Below the pieces are notes generated by a model that ran no database searches, had not been told where the DNA came from, and saw only the letters and a program-made list of their open reading frames with translations. From Geobacter sulfurreducens PCA (GTDB lineage Bacteria; Desulfobacterota; Desulfuromonadia; Geobacterales; Geobacteraceae), in NCBI RefSeq assembly GCF_000007985.2, contig NC_002939.5, positions 1,470,001 through 1,502,000 of the forward strand: a stretch of 32,000 nucleotides of DNA. The letters run 5' to 3'. Positions 9,357 to 17,419 of this stretch are shown piece after piece (the stretch's first letter is position 1; each line of letters opens with the position of its first letter). A program made the translations under genes and the position numbers.

Positions 9357-9632
9357 ATGACCACGAACACAAAGTTTTCCGAGGACATCGTCCCGCTCTC
9401 CGATTTGAAGATCAATCCGGGCCGTGTTGTCAGCCAGGTGGACAAAACCCACCGGCCGGTGCTTCTGACAAGCCGGGGCCGGGGTGTCGCCGTTGTGCAA
9501 TCCGTCAGGGATTTCGAGGCCGATGCCGAGGAGCGGGCATTTCTGAAGGCGGTCGTTCAGGGACTCGTTGATATCGAGGAGGGGCGGACCGTGAGTCTGG
9601 CCGACGCCAGGAAGCGTCTCGGGCTGGACTGA
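9357..9632 (+). CDS. type II antitoxin, Phd/YefM family
   Basis: 91 aa. IVPLSDLKINPGRVVSQVDKTHRPVLLTSRGRGVAVVQSV is a typical Phd/YefM N-domain. A GGGAGG RBS is present. A ParE-like gene follows 4 nt downstream. Confidence 0.8.
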   Translation: MTTNTKFSEDIVPLSDLKINPGRVVSQVDKTHRPVLLTSRGRGVAVVQSVRDFEADAEERAFLKAVVQGLVDIEEGRTVSLADARKRLGLD

Positions 9633-9636
9633 ATCC

Positions 9637-9948
9637 ATGGCGCCCAGGTCAAGCATTGAATTTGCCGAGTCGGCTGTTGCCGATCTGGCGGACATCATCG
9701 CCTGGTATGCCGACCAGCAGGTACCCGAGGTGGGGAAGCGCCTGGTCGGGGAGGTTGTCGCCCAGGTGGAGCGGCTCGCCGATTTCCCCGAAAGTGGACG
9801 GATCGTGCCGGAGTTCGAGCTTGCCAATCTGCGTGAGATTATTCATCCGCCGTTTCGGATTGTTTATCGGGTCGATGCTGCCCGCATCCGGATTGTCCGT
9901 GTCTGGCGGAGTGAGCGGTTGATGAAGGTGGTGGAAGGGAGTGAATGA
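9637..9948 (+). CDS. parE: type II toxin, ParE/RelE family
   Basis: 103 aa. IEFAESAVADLADIIAWY ... FPESGRIVPEF ... REIIHPPFRIVYRVDAARIRIVRVWRSERL is a typical ParE pattern. Confidence 0.8.
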   Translation: MAPRSSIEFAESAVADLADIIAWYADQQVPEVGKRLVGEVVAQVERLADFPESGRIVPEFELANLREIIHPPFRIVYRVDAARIRIVRVWRSERLMKVVEGSE

Positions 9949-10032
9949 AGGTGGCGGGGCCCTGGAGGCGAATGTTTGCTGAGCGGGGTTGGGAATACAA
10001 CTTTGAATTGGATTTTGTACGGTGCAAATTAG

Positions 10033-10046
10033 GAAAATCAATCTTT
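10033..10046. repeat. 14-bp direct repeat GAAAATCAATCTTT, left flank of IS
   Basis: An identical 14-mer occurs at 11398-11411, immediately outside the two IS termini. Confidence 0.7.
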
Positions 10047-10111
10047 TATGGCGGCCCCGGTTTTCTTGGACACGAAAATGAGGTAAATCTAGGTGTTCAA
10101 GGAGGTCGTCA

Positions 10112-10474
10112 ATGGAAAAGGATGTCAGTGTCTCCGGTGCGGCGGAAGGAGAGCGTAGCTCGACTGGAGCAGCACCGGAAGTCAAACGTTGGAGCGCCAA
10201 CCGCAAAAAGGAGGTTGTCCTGCGGTTGATGCGCGGTGAACCAATCGATGCCTTGTCCCGTGAGTTGGGCATCGAAATCTATCGCCTGGAAGAGTGGCAT
10301 CAGAAAGCACTCCAGGGGATAGAATCTGCTCTCAAGGCTCGTGAAGGTGATCCGTTGGCAGCGGAACTCGATGCAGCCTTCAAGCGCATCGGTGAGATCA
10401 CCATGGAAAACGAGCTACTGCGGGAGAAAGCGAGGCGTGCCCACCCTTTGGCCCAGAGGAGATCGAAGAAATGA
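10112..10474 (+). CDS. IS3-family transposase OrfA (HTH plus coiled coil)
   Basis: 120 aa. RWSANRKKEVVLRLMRGEPIDALSRELGIEIYRLEEW looks like an HTH and is followed by a leucine-zipper-like helix. A GGAGG RBS is present. Confidence 0.75.
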   Translation: MEKDVSVSGAAEGERSSTGAAPEVKRWSANRKKEVVLRLMRGEPIDALSRELGIEIYRLEEWHQKALQGIESALKAREGDPLAAELDAAFKRIGEITMENELLREKARRAHPLAQRRSKK

Positions 10475-11361
10475 GTGCTACGATCTCCCCTGCCACCGGT
10501 AAAGCCTATGGCGTTCAGCGCGTCTGCCTTGCCTGGGGAGTGCCCCGCTCGTCGTTCTATAGCCGTGCAGGCAGAAAAACATTGCCTGCTGTACTGCTCA
10601 AGCGTGGTCCAAAAACACCGCTCTCTGACGACGAGGTACTTTCTCTCATCCGGACCGACCTGGAGACATCCCCCTTTGTCGGCGAAGGGCACCGTAAGGT
10701 CTGGGGACGACTACGCTTCGTCAAAGGGATAAAAGTCGGCCGCAAACGAGTGTTGCGTCTCATGCGGGAGAACAATCTGCTCTCCCCTCACCGGGTTGTT
10801 CAGGGACAGCCCAAGGACCACGCCGGCAAGATCATCACGGCGGCCCCCAACGTCATGTGGGGTACCGATGGCACCAAGATCTTCACCCTGGAAGAAGGGT
10901 GGTGCTGGTTGTTTACCGCCGTCGAGCATTGGAATGCCGAGTGCGTCGGTTGGCATGTGACCAAGAATGGCGACCGGTTTGCCGCATTGCAGCCGCTCGC
11001 CATGGGAATCAAGGCCCGTTTCGGCTCGGTCGGTGCCGCTGCTGCTCGAGGGTTGGCACTGAGGATGGATCACGGCAGCCAATACCTCTCAGAGCATTTC
11101 CAGAATCAGATCAAGTTCTGGGGAATTGCCCCAAGTTTCTCATTTGTTGCCGAACCGCAGACCAACGGGGTGACGGAACGGTTTAATCGGACTATCAAAG
11201 AGCAGGTCATCTATGGCCGCCATTACCGCACAATCGAAGAAGTAAGGATGGCAGTAGCTGACTTCATGGATCGTTACAACCGGCTGTGGCTGGTTGAAAA
11301 GCTCGGGTTCAGAAGCCCACGACAGGCTTTCGAGGAGTATCAACTCAAGAAGGCTGCGTGA
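10471..11361 (+). CDS. IS3-family transposase OrfB (DDE integrase core, rve)
   Basis: 296 aa. WGTDGTKI (first D), LRMDHGSQY (second D) and PQTNGVTERFNRTIKEQ (E) match the rve catalytic triad context. There is an ATGA overlap with orfA. Confidence 0.85.
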   Translation: MSATISPATGKAYGVQRVCLAWGVPRSSFYSRAGRKTLPAVLLKRGPKTPLSDDEVLSLIRTDLETSPFVGEGHRKVWGRLRFVKGIKVGRKRVLRLMRENNLLSPHRVVQGQPKDHAGKIITAAPNVMWGTDGTKIFTLEEGWCWLFTAVEHWNAECVGWHVTKNGDRFAALQPLAMGIKARFGSVGAAAARGLALRMDHGSQYLSEHFQNQIKFWGIAPSFSFVAEPQTNGVTERFNRTIKEQVIYGRHYRTIEEVRMAVADFMDRYNRLWLVEKLGFRSPRQAFEEYQLKKAA

Positions 11362-11397
11362 CTCTTATCTTGTGTCCAGGGTACCGGGCGCGCTACA

Positions 11398-11411
11398 GAA
11401 AATCAATCTTT
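11398..11411. repeat. 14-bp direct repeat GAAAATCAATCTTT, right flank of IS
   Basis: Identical to 10033-10046. It lies 12 nt upstream of the MazG-like GTG start. Confidence 0.7.
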
Positions 11412-11423
11412 CCAGGGGATTAA

Positions 11424-11780
11424 GTGGAAAAAACAATACGTGAATTAACAGTGAGAGTTCGGGAGTTTTGCGAAGCACGAGATTGGGATCAATTCCATGG
11501 CCCAAAGGATCTTGCTATAGGGGTCATTACAGAGGCTTCGGAACTCTTAGAGCATTTCCGCTTTCAGTCTGATGAACAGGCGTTGGCATTGTTGAATGAC
11601 CCTAAAATTAAAGAGGAGATCGAAGATGAGCTTGCCGATGTCCTATTCTTCCTGCTCCGTTTCTCGCAGTTGTTCGATGTTGACCTGACCAAGGCCCTGC
11701 TGAGGAAGATCGAGAAGAGCGAAAAGAAATATCCCGTAGAAAAGGCAAAAGGGAAGAATACGAAGTACACGAAGCTGTAG
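11424..11780 (+). CDS. MazG-like nucleoside triphosphate pyrophosphohydrolase (all-alpha NTP-PPase)
   Basis: 118 aa with a GTG start. EASELLEHF and EEIEDELADVLFFLLRF form the ExxE...ExxD metal-binding pattern of MazG-type enzymes. GC is lower than in the flanking genes. Confidence 0.75.
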   Translation: MEKTIRELTVRVREFCEARDWDQFHGPKDLAIGVITEASELLEHFRFQSDEQALALLNDPKIKEEIEDELADVLFFLLRFSQLFDVDLTKALLRKIEKSEKKYPVEKAKGKNTKYTKL

Positions 11781-11809
11781 GCCGATATCCGCGTTCACAG
11801 GGGCCAGCA

Positions 11810-14212
11810 TTGATCGTTTATTCCGCCACAAAAGCCAGGTTCAAAGAAGATGTCATGACCAATGACATCGGCGGCATCATCTTCAACGCCTTCCAGAATG
11901 CAACGGGGCGAAGTACCGGCAGGGCCGAAATCGAATCGTGGATGCACTCGCTGCAGTATATGGACCGAGTTCTCAGCGACGATGAAATCCCCCACGACGC
12001 CGGCGTCGCCATCGAGTACCACCTCCCTCAAACCTCCAAGCGTATCGACTTCATCCTAACCGGCCGGGACAGGGACCGGCGCGAGTCGGCCATTCTCGTT
12101 GAACTTAAGCAGTGGCAGAAGGCGGAGCTGACCCAGAGTGACGCCATCGTTATTACCCGCTTCAAGCACGGCACCGCCGAAACCCTTCACCCCTCCTACC
12201 AAGCCTGGTCTTACAAGCGCCTCCTTGAAGACTTCAACCAGACCGTACAAGAAGAACATATCGGTCTCTACCCCTGCGCCTACCTGCATAACTACGAAGA
12301 CGACGGGGTAATTACCCATCCGTTTTACAGCGACCATATCAAGCGGGCACCGATTTTCCTCAAGCCCGATGCCCTGAAACTGCAGCAGTTCATCAAGACT
12401 CACGTCAAATTCGGCGATACGACCCGGATTATGTACCGGATCGAGCACGGCAAGATCAAGCCGTCCAAGAACCTGGCCGATGAGCTTGCTTCAATGCTCA
12501 AGGGCAACCGGGAATTCGTCCTGATCGACGACCAGAAAGTGGTGTTCGAGAAGGCGAAACGGTTGGCAGAGCAGGCATCGGAGCACACCAAAAAGGTCCT
12601 GATCGTCGAGGGAGGGCCGGGCACTGGTAAGTCGGTTCTAGCGATTAACCTCCTGGTGGCGCTTACCGGCAAGGATCATGTCGTCCAGTACGTCACCCGC
12701 AACTCGGCCCCTCGGCTCGTCTACGAGGCCAAGCTTACCGGCCACTTCCGGAAAACTCATATTTCCAACATGTTATCCGGTTCCGGCTCGTATCACGCGA
12801 CTCCACCCAACACGTTCGGTTGCCTCATCGTGGACGAGGCGCACCGGTTGAACGAGAAGTCCGGAATGTTCAGCCACCTGGGGGAGAACCAGATCAAGGA
12901 GATCATCAGCGCCAGCAGGCTGAGTGTCTTCTTCATCGACGAAGACCAGAAGGTGACCCTGAAGGACATAGGCGACAAGGAGGCGATCCGCACCTGGGCG
13001 GAGAAGCTAGGTGCCGAAGTCGTGGAGATGAGCCTGGAGTCACAGTTTCGCTGCAATGGCTCTAACGGTTACCTGGCGTGGCTCGACAATACACTGCAGA
13101 TTCGGGAGACGGCCAACGAGACGCTGGATACCCGTGAGTACGACTTCCGCATTGTTGATAGCCCATCCGAACTGCACGGCCTGATCAAGGACAAGAACAA
13201 GATAAGTAACAAGGCACGTATGGTGGCAGGCTACTGCTGGGACTGGACCAGCAAGAAGAATCCTCATTTGAAGGACATTGTCATTGGCGACTACCGGGCG
13301 ACTTGGAACCTGGAGACAGACGGCCAGGCGTGGATCATAAAGCCCGACTCCGTCAGCGAGGTGGGGTGCATTCATACCTGCCAGGGGCTGGAGGTGGACT
13401 ACATCGGCGTCATCGTCGGGCCGGATTTGGTCGTCCGCGACGGCAGTGTGCTGACCCGGCCGGCCGAGCGGTCGAGAATGGACAAGTCGATCCAGGGGTG
13501 GAAGAAGCTGCTCAAGGATGATCCCGAAGGTGGCGCGGCGCGGCTAGACGCCATCATCAAGAACACCTACCGAACCCTCATGACGCGCGGCCAGAAGGGA
13601 TGCTACGTCTACTTCACAGACGAGGAGACACGCCGGTACTCCGCCGAACGGCTGCAGATCGGGCCGGCAGCAGAGCAGGTTGCCGAGAAACCGGTGCTGC
13701 CTGCAGACGAAGAAGCAGTGGTCCTGCCGTTCCGCCTTCTGGGGCCAGAGCAAGCGCGGCCATACGAGAACTGCGTACCGCTCTACGACTTCAAGATCGC
13801 CGCCGGCGGCTTCAGTGACGAGCAACAGGTGGATGATTGCGACTGGGTTGAACTGCCGGAAGAATTCCGTCCAAGGAAAGGGCTGTTTGTGGCCCAAGTG
13901 GTGGGTGAGTCGATGAACCGGCGCATCCCGAACGGGGCCTGGTGCCTCTTCCGCATCGCCTCGGCCGGCTCACGGAACGGCAAGGTCGTCCTCGCCTCGC
14001 ACCGGGAGATAGCCGATAACGATACCGGCGGACACTACACCGTCAAGATTTACGAGAGCACGAAGGAGAGTTTTTCTGATGGGACGTGGCGGCATGCGTC
14101 GATCATCCTGCGGCCGGACAGTGCCTTGCCTGGGTATGAGCCGATTGTGTTGAGCGAGGAGCAGGCGGAGGATTTGCGGGTGATTGGGGAGTTGGTGGCG
14201 GTGCTGGGGTGA
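11810..14212 (+). CDS. DUF2075-type (Schlafen-helicase/Nhi-like) nuclease-ATPase fused to a C-terminal LexA-like S24 peptidase domain
   Basis: 800 aa with a TTG start. N-terminal PD-(D/E)xK-like residues E69, D80, E98-x-K100 (IEYHL..RIDFILTG..ILVELKQW). Walker A VEGGPGTGKS and Walker B LIVDEAHRL. Family C-terminal motifs HTCQGLEVDYIGVIVG and YRTLMTRGQKGCYVYF. Residues about 655-790 align by eye to the LexA C-domain (IAAGG, GESM with S701, TVKIY with K746). Confidence 0.75.
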   Translation: MIVYSATKARFKEDVMTNDIGGIIFNAFQNATGRSTGRAEIESWMHSLQYMDRVLSDDEIPHDAGVAIEYHLPQTSKRIDFILTGRDRDRRESAILVELKQWQKAELTQSDAIVITRFKHGTAETLHPSYQAWSYKRLLEDFNQTVQEEHIGLYPCAYLHNYEDDGVITHPFYSDHIKRAPIFLKPDALKLQQFIKTHVKFGDTTRIMYRIEHGKIKPSKNLADELASMLKGNREFVLIDDQKVVFEKAKRLAEQASEHTKKVLIVEGGPGTGKSVLAINLLVALTGKDHVVQYVTRNSAPRLVYEAKLTGHFRKTHISNMLSGSGSYHATPPNTFGCLIVDEAHRLNEKSGMFSHLGENQIKEIISASRLSVFFIDEDQKVTLKDIGDKEAIRTWAEKLGAEVVEMSLESQFRCNGSNGYLAWLDNTLQIRETANETLDTREYDFRIVDSPSELHGLIKDKNKISNKARMVAGYCWDWTSKKNPHLKDIVIGDYRATWNLETDGQAWIIKPDSVSEVGCIHTCQGLEVDYIGVIVGPDLVVRDGSVLTRPAERSRMDKSIQGWKKLLKDDPEGGAARLDAIIKNTYRTLMTRGQKGCYVYFTDEETRRYSAERLQIGPAAEQVAEKPVLPADEEAVVLPFRLLGPEQARPYENCVPLYDFKIAAGGFSDEQQVDDCDWVELPEEFRPRKGLFVAQVVGESMNRRIPNGAWCLFRIASAGSRNGKVVLASHREIADNDTGGHYTVKIYESTKESFSDGTWRHASIILRPDSALPGYEPIVLSEEQAEDLRVIGELVAVLG

Positions 14213-14234
14213 TCTTACGGCGGATTGAGGTTCA

Positions 14235-17200
14235 ATGCGTTTAGCTCACGGCATATACGAAGCACTTCTCGATGAAGCTTTGCAGGAGGCCCTAGCCCTG
14301 CGGCCGGAACTGCGACGCGTTTTCAGCAAGATCGATCAGGAGGAGCAGCCGGCCCTCTATGCCGCCTTTGTCGCCCGGGTACTGGAGCAGGCGCTGCGAG
14401 AGGAGTCGGACCAGGAAAAGCGCCTCGCACTCTGCAACCGGATTCTTGGCTCCGTGGCTGCTGAGCCGGGTAGGGGGCATCTGGAAAAGCGCCGTCTGAT
14501 CCCGGAACAGAAGCCGCTCCTCTTGGAAATCACCCCGCCCAACTACAACCAATCCGGGCTCCCCCGGCCCCATACCTCTCTTGCACAAAGCAGTCTCTTT
14601 ACCGGAGCAGATGGTCATCTCCAGCTTGTCCATGAGTTGCTGGCTGAACTACGCTCCGCCGACGGGGTGGATATCCTCGTATCCTTCATCAAGTGGTCCG
14701 GTCTGCGGCTCCTCATGCCGGCTTTTGAAGATCTGCGTGACCGACAGGTCCCGGTGCGGCTGATCACCACCTCCTACATGGGGGCGTCCGATGCCCCGGC
14801 GGTGGAGTGGCTGGCTGGTCTCCCCAACGTGCAGGTCCGAGTCTCCTACGACACCGAGCGGACCCGGCTCCACGCCAAGGCCTATCACTTCCGGCGGCAG
14901 AGCGGCTTCTCCACCGCCTACATCGGCTCAGCCAACATGTCCCAGGCGGCGATTACCAGCGGGCTGGAGTGGAACCTGAAAGTCACCGCCCAGGACATGC
15001 CTCACGTGCTGGAGAAGTTCAGCGTCGAGTTCGAGACTTACTGGAACAGCCGGGAATTCGTCCCCTTCGATCCGGCCCGGCCGGAGCAGTTTCGCAGCGC
15101 CCTGGCCCGCGCCAAGAACAAGGAGATCAGCGGTCCGGCGGTCTTTTTCGATCTTACCCCCCACCCGTTTCAGGAGCGGATTCTGGAAGCGCTGGAGCGG
15201 GAGCGCAGCGCCCACGACCGCTGGCGCAATCTGGTCATCGCCGCCACCGGCACCGGTAAGACCGTGGTAGCGGCCTTTGATTTCAAGCGCTTCTATGAGC
15301 AGAAACAGAAGCAGGCAAAGCTCCTTTTCCTGGCCCACCGGCAGGAGATTCTCCAGCAGGCACTCGGCACCTTCCGCAACATCCTGCGGGACCAGAATTT
15401 CGGCGAACTGCAGGTCGGGCCCTATGACGCCACCCGTCTGGAGCACCTCTTCTGCTCCGTCGGTATGCTCACCTCCCGCCGCCTCTGGGAGCAGGTCGGC
15501 CCGGACTTCTACGACTACATCGTCATCGACGAAGCCCACCACGGCACGGCCGGCAGCTACCGTCCCATCTTCAACCACTTCTCCCCGCAGATACTGCTGG
15601 GACTCACCGCCACCCCGGAACGGATGGACGGCGATAACGTGGCCGCCGATTTTGGCAACCGCTTTGCCGCCGAGATCCGCCTCCCTGAAGCGCTGGAGGA
15701 GAAGCTCCTCTGCCCCTTCCACTACTTCGGCATTGCCGACCCCATCGCCATCAACGGCGATCAGTTCTGGCGCAATGGCAAGTACGATGCCGCGGCTCTG
15801 GAGAACGTCTATGTCCTCGATACGGCCAACGCCCGTAAGCGGGTGGCGGCGATCATTGAGGCTCTGAAGCGCTACGAGCCGGACGTAGCGAGCCTCAAGG
15901 GGATCGGTTTTTGCGTCACCATCCGCCATGCCGAGTACATGGCCGAGCAGTTCAGCCAGCGCGGCATCCCGTCAGCCCCCTTTGTCTCCGGCATCGACTC
16001 CGACCAGTGCGCCGACCTCCTGGCCCGGCTGAGAAACGGCCAGCTCACCTTCCTCTTCACCGTGGACAAGCTGAGTGAAGGGGTGGACGTGCCGGAGATC
16101 AACACCGTCCTCTTTCTGCGCCCCACCGAGAGCCTGACGGTCTTTCTCCAGCAGCTCGGCCGCGGCCTGCGCCATGCCCCGGAGAAGGAGTGCCTCACCG
16201 TCCTCGACTTTGTCGGTCAGGCCCACCGCCGCTACCGCATCGACACCAAGCTGAAAGCACTCCTCCCCCGGCACCGCTTCGCCATCGACAAGGAAGTGGA
16301 GCAAGATTTCCCCCATCTGCCGGCCGGCTGCGCCATCCAGCTTGACCGCCTCTCCCGCCAGTATGTGCTGGACAATATCCGGGAGAACTTCGGCCGTCTG
16401 GCGGTGCAGGTGCCGGACCGGCTCCAGACCTTTACCAGCGAGACCGGGCAGGAGCTGACCTTTGGCAACTTCATCCGCTACCACGATTACGAGCCGGAGG
16501 TGCTGCTGGCCAAGGAGTCGTGGAGCGAGTGGAAAGCCAAGGCCCAACTGGCGCCGATTCCGGTCGATCCCGATCTGGCGCGGCTGAAGAAAGCCCTGCT
16601 CCGGGCGGCCTTCATCAATGGCCCACGGGAAGCAGAGCTGCTGCGGCAACTGCTGGCCATGCTTGCCGCCGGGCAGGTGATCGAGGCGCTGGCTCTGGCC
16701 GGTTCATCGGCCATGCTGCTCTATTACCGCATCTGGGGGGATAGGGCGGAGAAGGTGGGGATTGCCTCGCTGGCAGAGGCCTTCCAACGGCTAGCCGCCA
16801 ACCCGAGCATCTGCGCCGATTTGGACGAGATTTTGGCCTGGTCGTTGGATACCACCGAAGTTGCCGGGATTGCCCCGGAGCTGCCGTATCGTGTGCCGCT
16901 GGAGTTGCACGCCCAGTATGGCATTCGTGAGGTTCAGGCCGCCTTTGGCCGTGCGACGCTGGAGAGCAGCGGCCAGACCGGGGTCGGGGTGATGCACTTT
17001 GCCGAGCAGAAGACCTATGCCCTGTTGGTGACCTTCCAGAAGACGGAAAAGGAGTTCTCCCCCAGCACCATGTATGCGGATTACCCCATCAGCCGGGAGC
17101 TGCTGCACTGGGAGTCCCAGGCCAACACCGCCCAGCATCACACCGACGGGCAGAACCTGATTCATCATCAGGAGCGGGGCTACACGGTTCTGGTATTTGC

Positions 17201-17360
17201 CCGTGGGAAGAAAAAGCGGAACGGGGTTACAGTGCCGTTCACTTACCTGGGGCCGGTGGATATGGTGAGTTATGAGAGCGAGCGGCCGATTAAGATGGTC
17301 TGGCGGCTCAGGTATGCGATGCCGGTGGAGATGTTTGAGGATAATCGGCGGGGTGGGTGA
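14235..17360 (+). CDS. PLD-family nuclease domain + SF2 (ResIII/DEAH) helicase + DUF3427-like C-terminal domain
   Basis: 1041 aa. HKD motif RLHAKAYHF...YIGSANMS. Helicase motifs I ATGTGKT, II VIDEAHH, III LTATP and VI QQLGRGLRH. The C-terminal 200 aa (YGIREVQAAFG...YALLVTFQK...YADYPIS...LHWESQ...VLVFAR) matches my recollection of DUF3427. Confidence 0.75.
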   Translation: MRLAHGIYEALLDEALQEALALRPELRRVFSKIDQEEQPALYAAFVARVLEQALREESDQEKRLALCNRILGSVAAEPGRGHLEKRRLIPEQKPLLLEITPPNYNQSGLPRPHTSLAQSSLFTGADGHLQLVHELLAELRSADGVDILVSFIKWSGLRLLMPAFEDLRDRQVPVRLITTSYMGASDAPAVEWLAGLPNVQVRVSYDTERTRLHAKAYHFRRQSGFSTAYIGSANMSQAAITSGLEWNLKVTAQDMPHVLEKFSVEFETYWNSREFVPFDPARPEQFRSALARAKNKEISGPAVFFDLTPHPFQERILEALERERSAHDRWRNLVIAATGTGKTVVAAFDFKRFYEQKQKQAKLLFLAHRQEILQQALGTFRNILRDQNFGELQVGPYDATRLEHLFCSVGMLTSRRLWEQVGPDFYDYIVIDEAHHGTAGSYRPIFNHFSPQILLGLTATPERMDGDNVAADFGNRFAAEIRLPEALEEKLLCPFHYFGIADPIAINGDQFWRNGKYDAAALENVYVLDTANARKRVAAIIEALKRYEPDVASLKGIGFCVTIRHAEYMAEQFSQRGIPSAPFVSGIDSDQCADLLARLRNGQLTFLFTVDKLSEGVDVPEINTVLFLRPTESLTVFLQQLGRGLRHAPEKECLTVLDFVGQAHRRYRIDTKLKALLPRHRFAIDKEVEQDFPHLPAGCAIQLDRLSRQYVLDNIRENFGRLAVQVPDRLQTFTSETGQELTFGNFIRYHDYEPEVLLAKESWSEWKAKAQLAPIPVDPDLARLKKALLRAAFINGPREAELLRQLLAMLAAGQVIEALALAGSSAMLLYYRIWGDRAEKVGIASLAEAFQRLAANPSICADLDEILAWSLDTTEVAGIAPELPYRVPLELHAQYGIREVQAAFGRATLESSGQTGVGVMHFAEQKTYALLVTFQKTEKEFSPSTMYADYPISRELLHWESQANTAQHHTDGQNLIHHQERGYTVLVFARGKKKRNGVTVPFTYLGPVDMVSYESERPIKMVWRLRYAMPVEMFEDNRRGG

Positions 17361-17419
17361 TTCTTGGGGCTGACAAGATAATCACTACTTCCAGACTTGT
17401 ATACAGGGGATCTAATAGC

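Larger units (their letters stand above)
10047..11397 (+). mobile_element. IS3-family insertion sequence (about 1.35 kb) with two overlapping transposase ORFs
   Basis: Imperfect terminal inverted repeats of about 27 bp: left TATGGCGGCCCCGGTTTTCTTGGACAC versus the reverse complement of the right end, TGTAGCGCGCCCGGTACCCTGGACAC. orfB is in the -1 frame relative to orfA. The element is flanked by the 14-bp direct repeat. Confidence 0.8.

Noticed and set aside
9050-9571. A 173-aa + strand ORF spanning the island boundary and overlapping phd.
   Set aside because: It is out of frame with the clear Phd/YefM gene and its sequence is low-complexity and Arg/Gly-rich. It is most likely spurious.
10440-10480. 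A programmed -1 ribosomal frameshift site between IS3 orfA and orfB.
   Set aside because: The frames are in the expected -1 relationship. However, I see no A-AAA-AAG-type slippery heptamer near the overlap, only an ATGA stop/start overlap. I cannot assert a fused OrfAB transposase.
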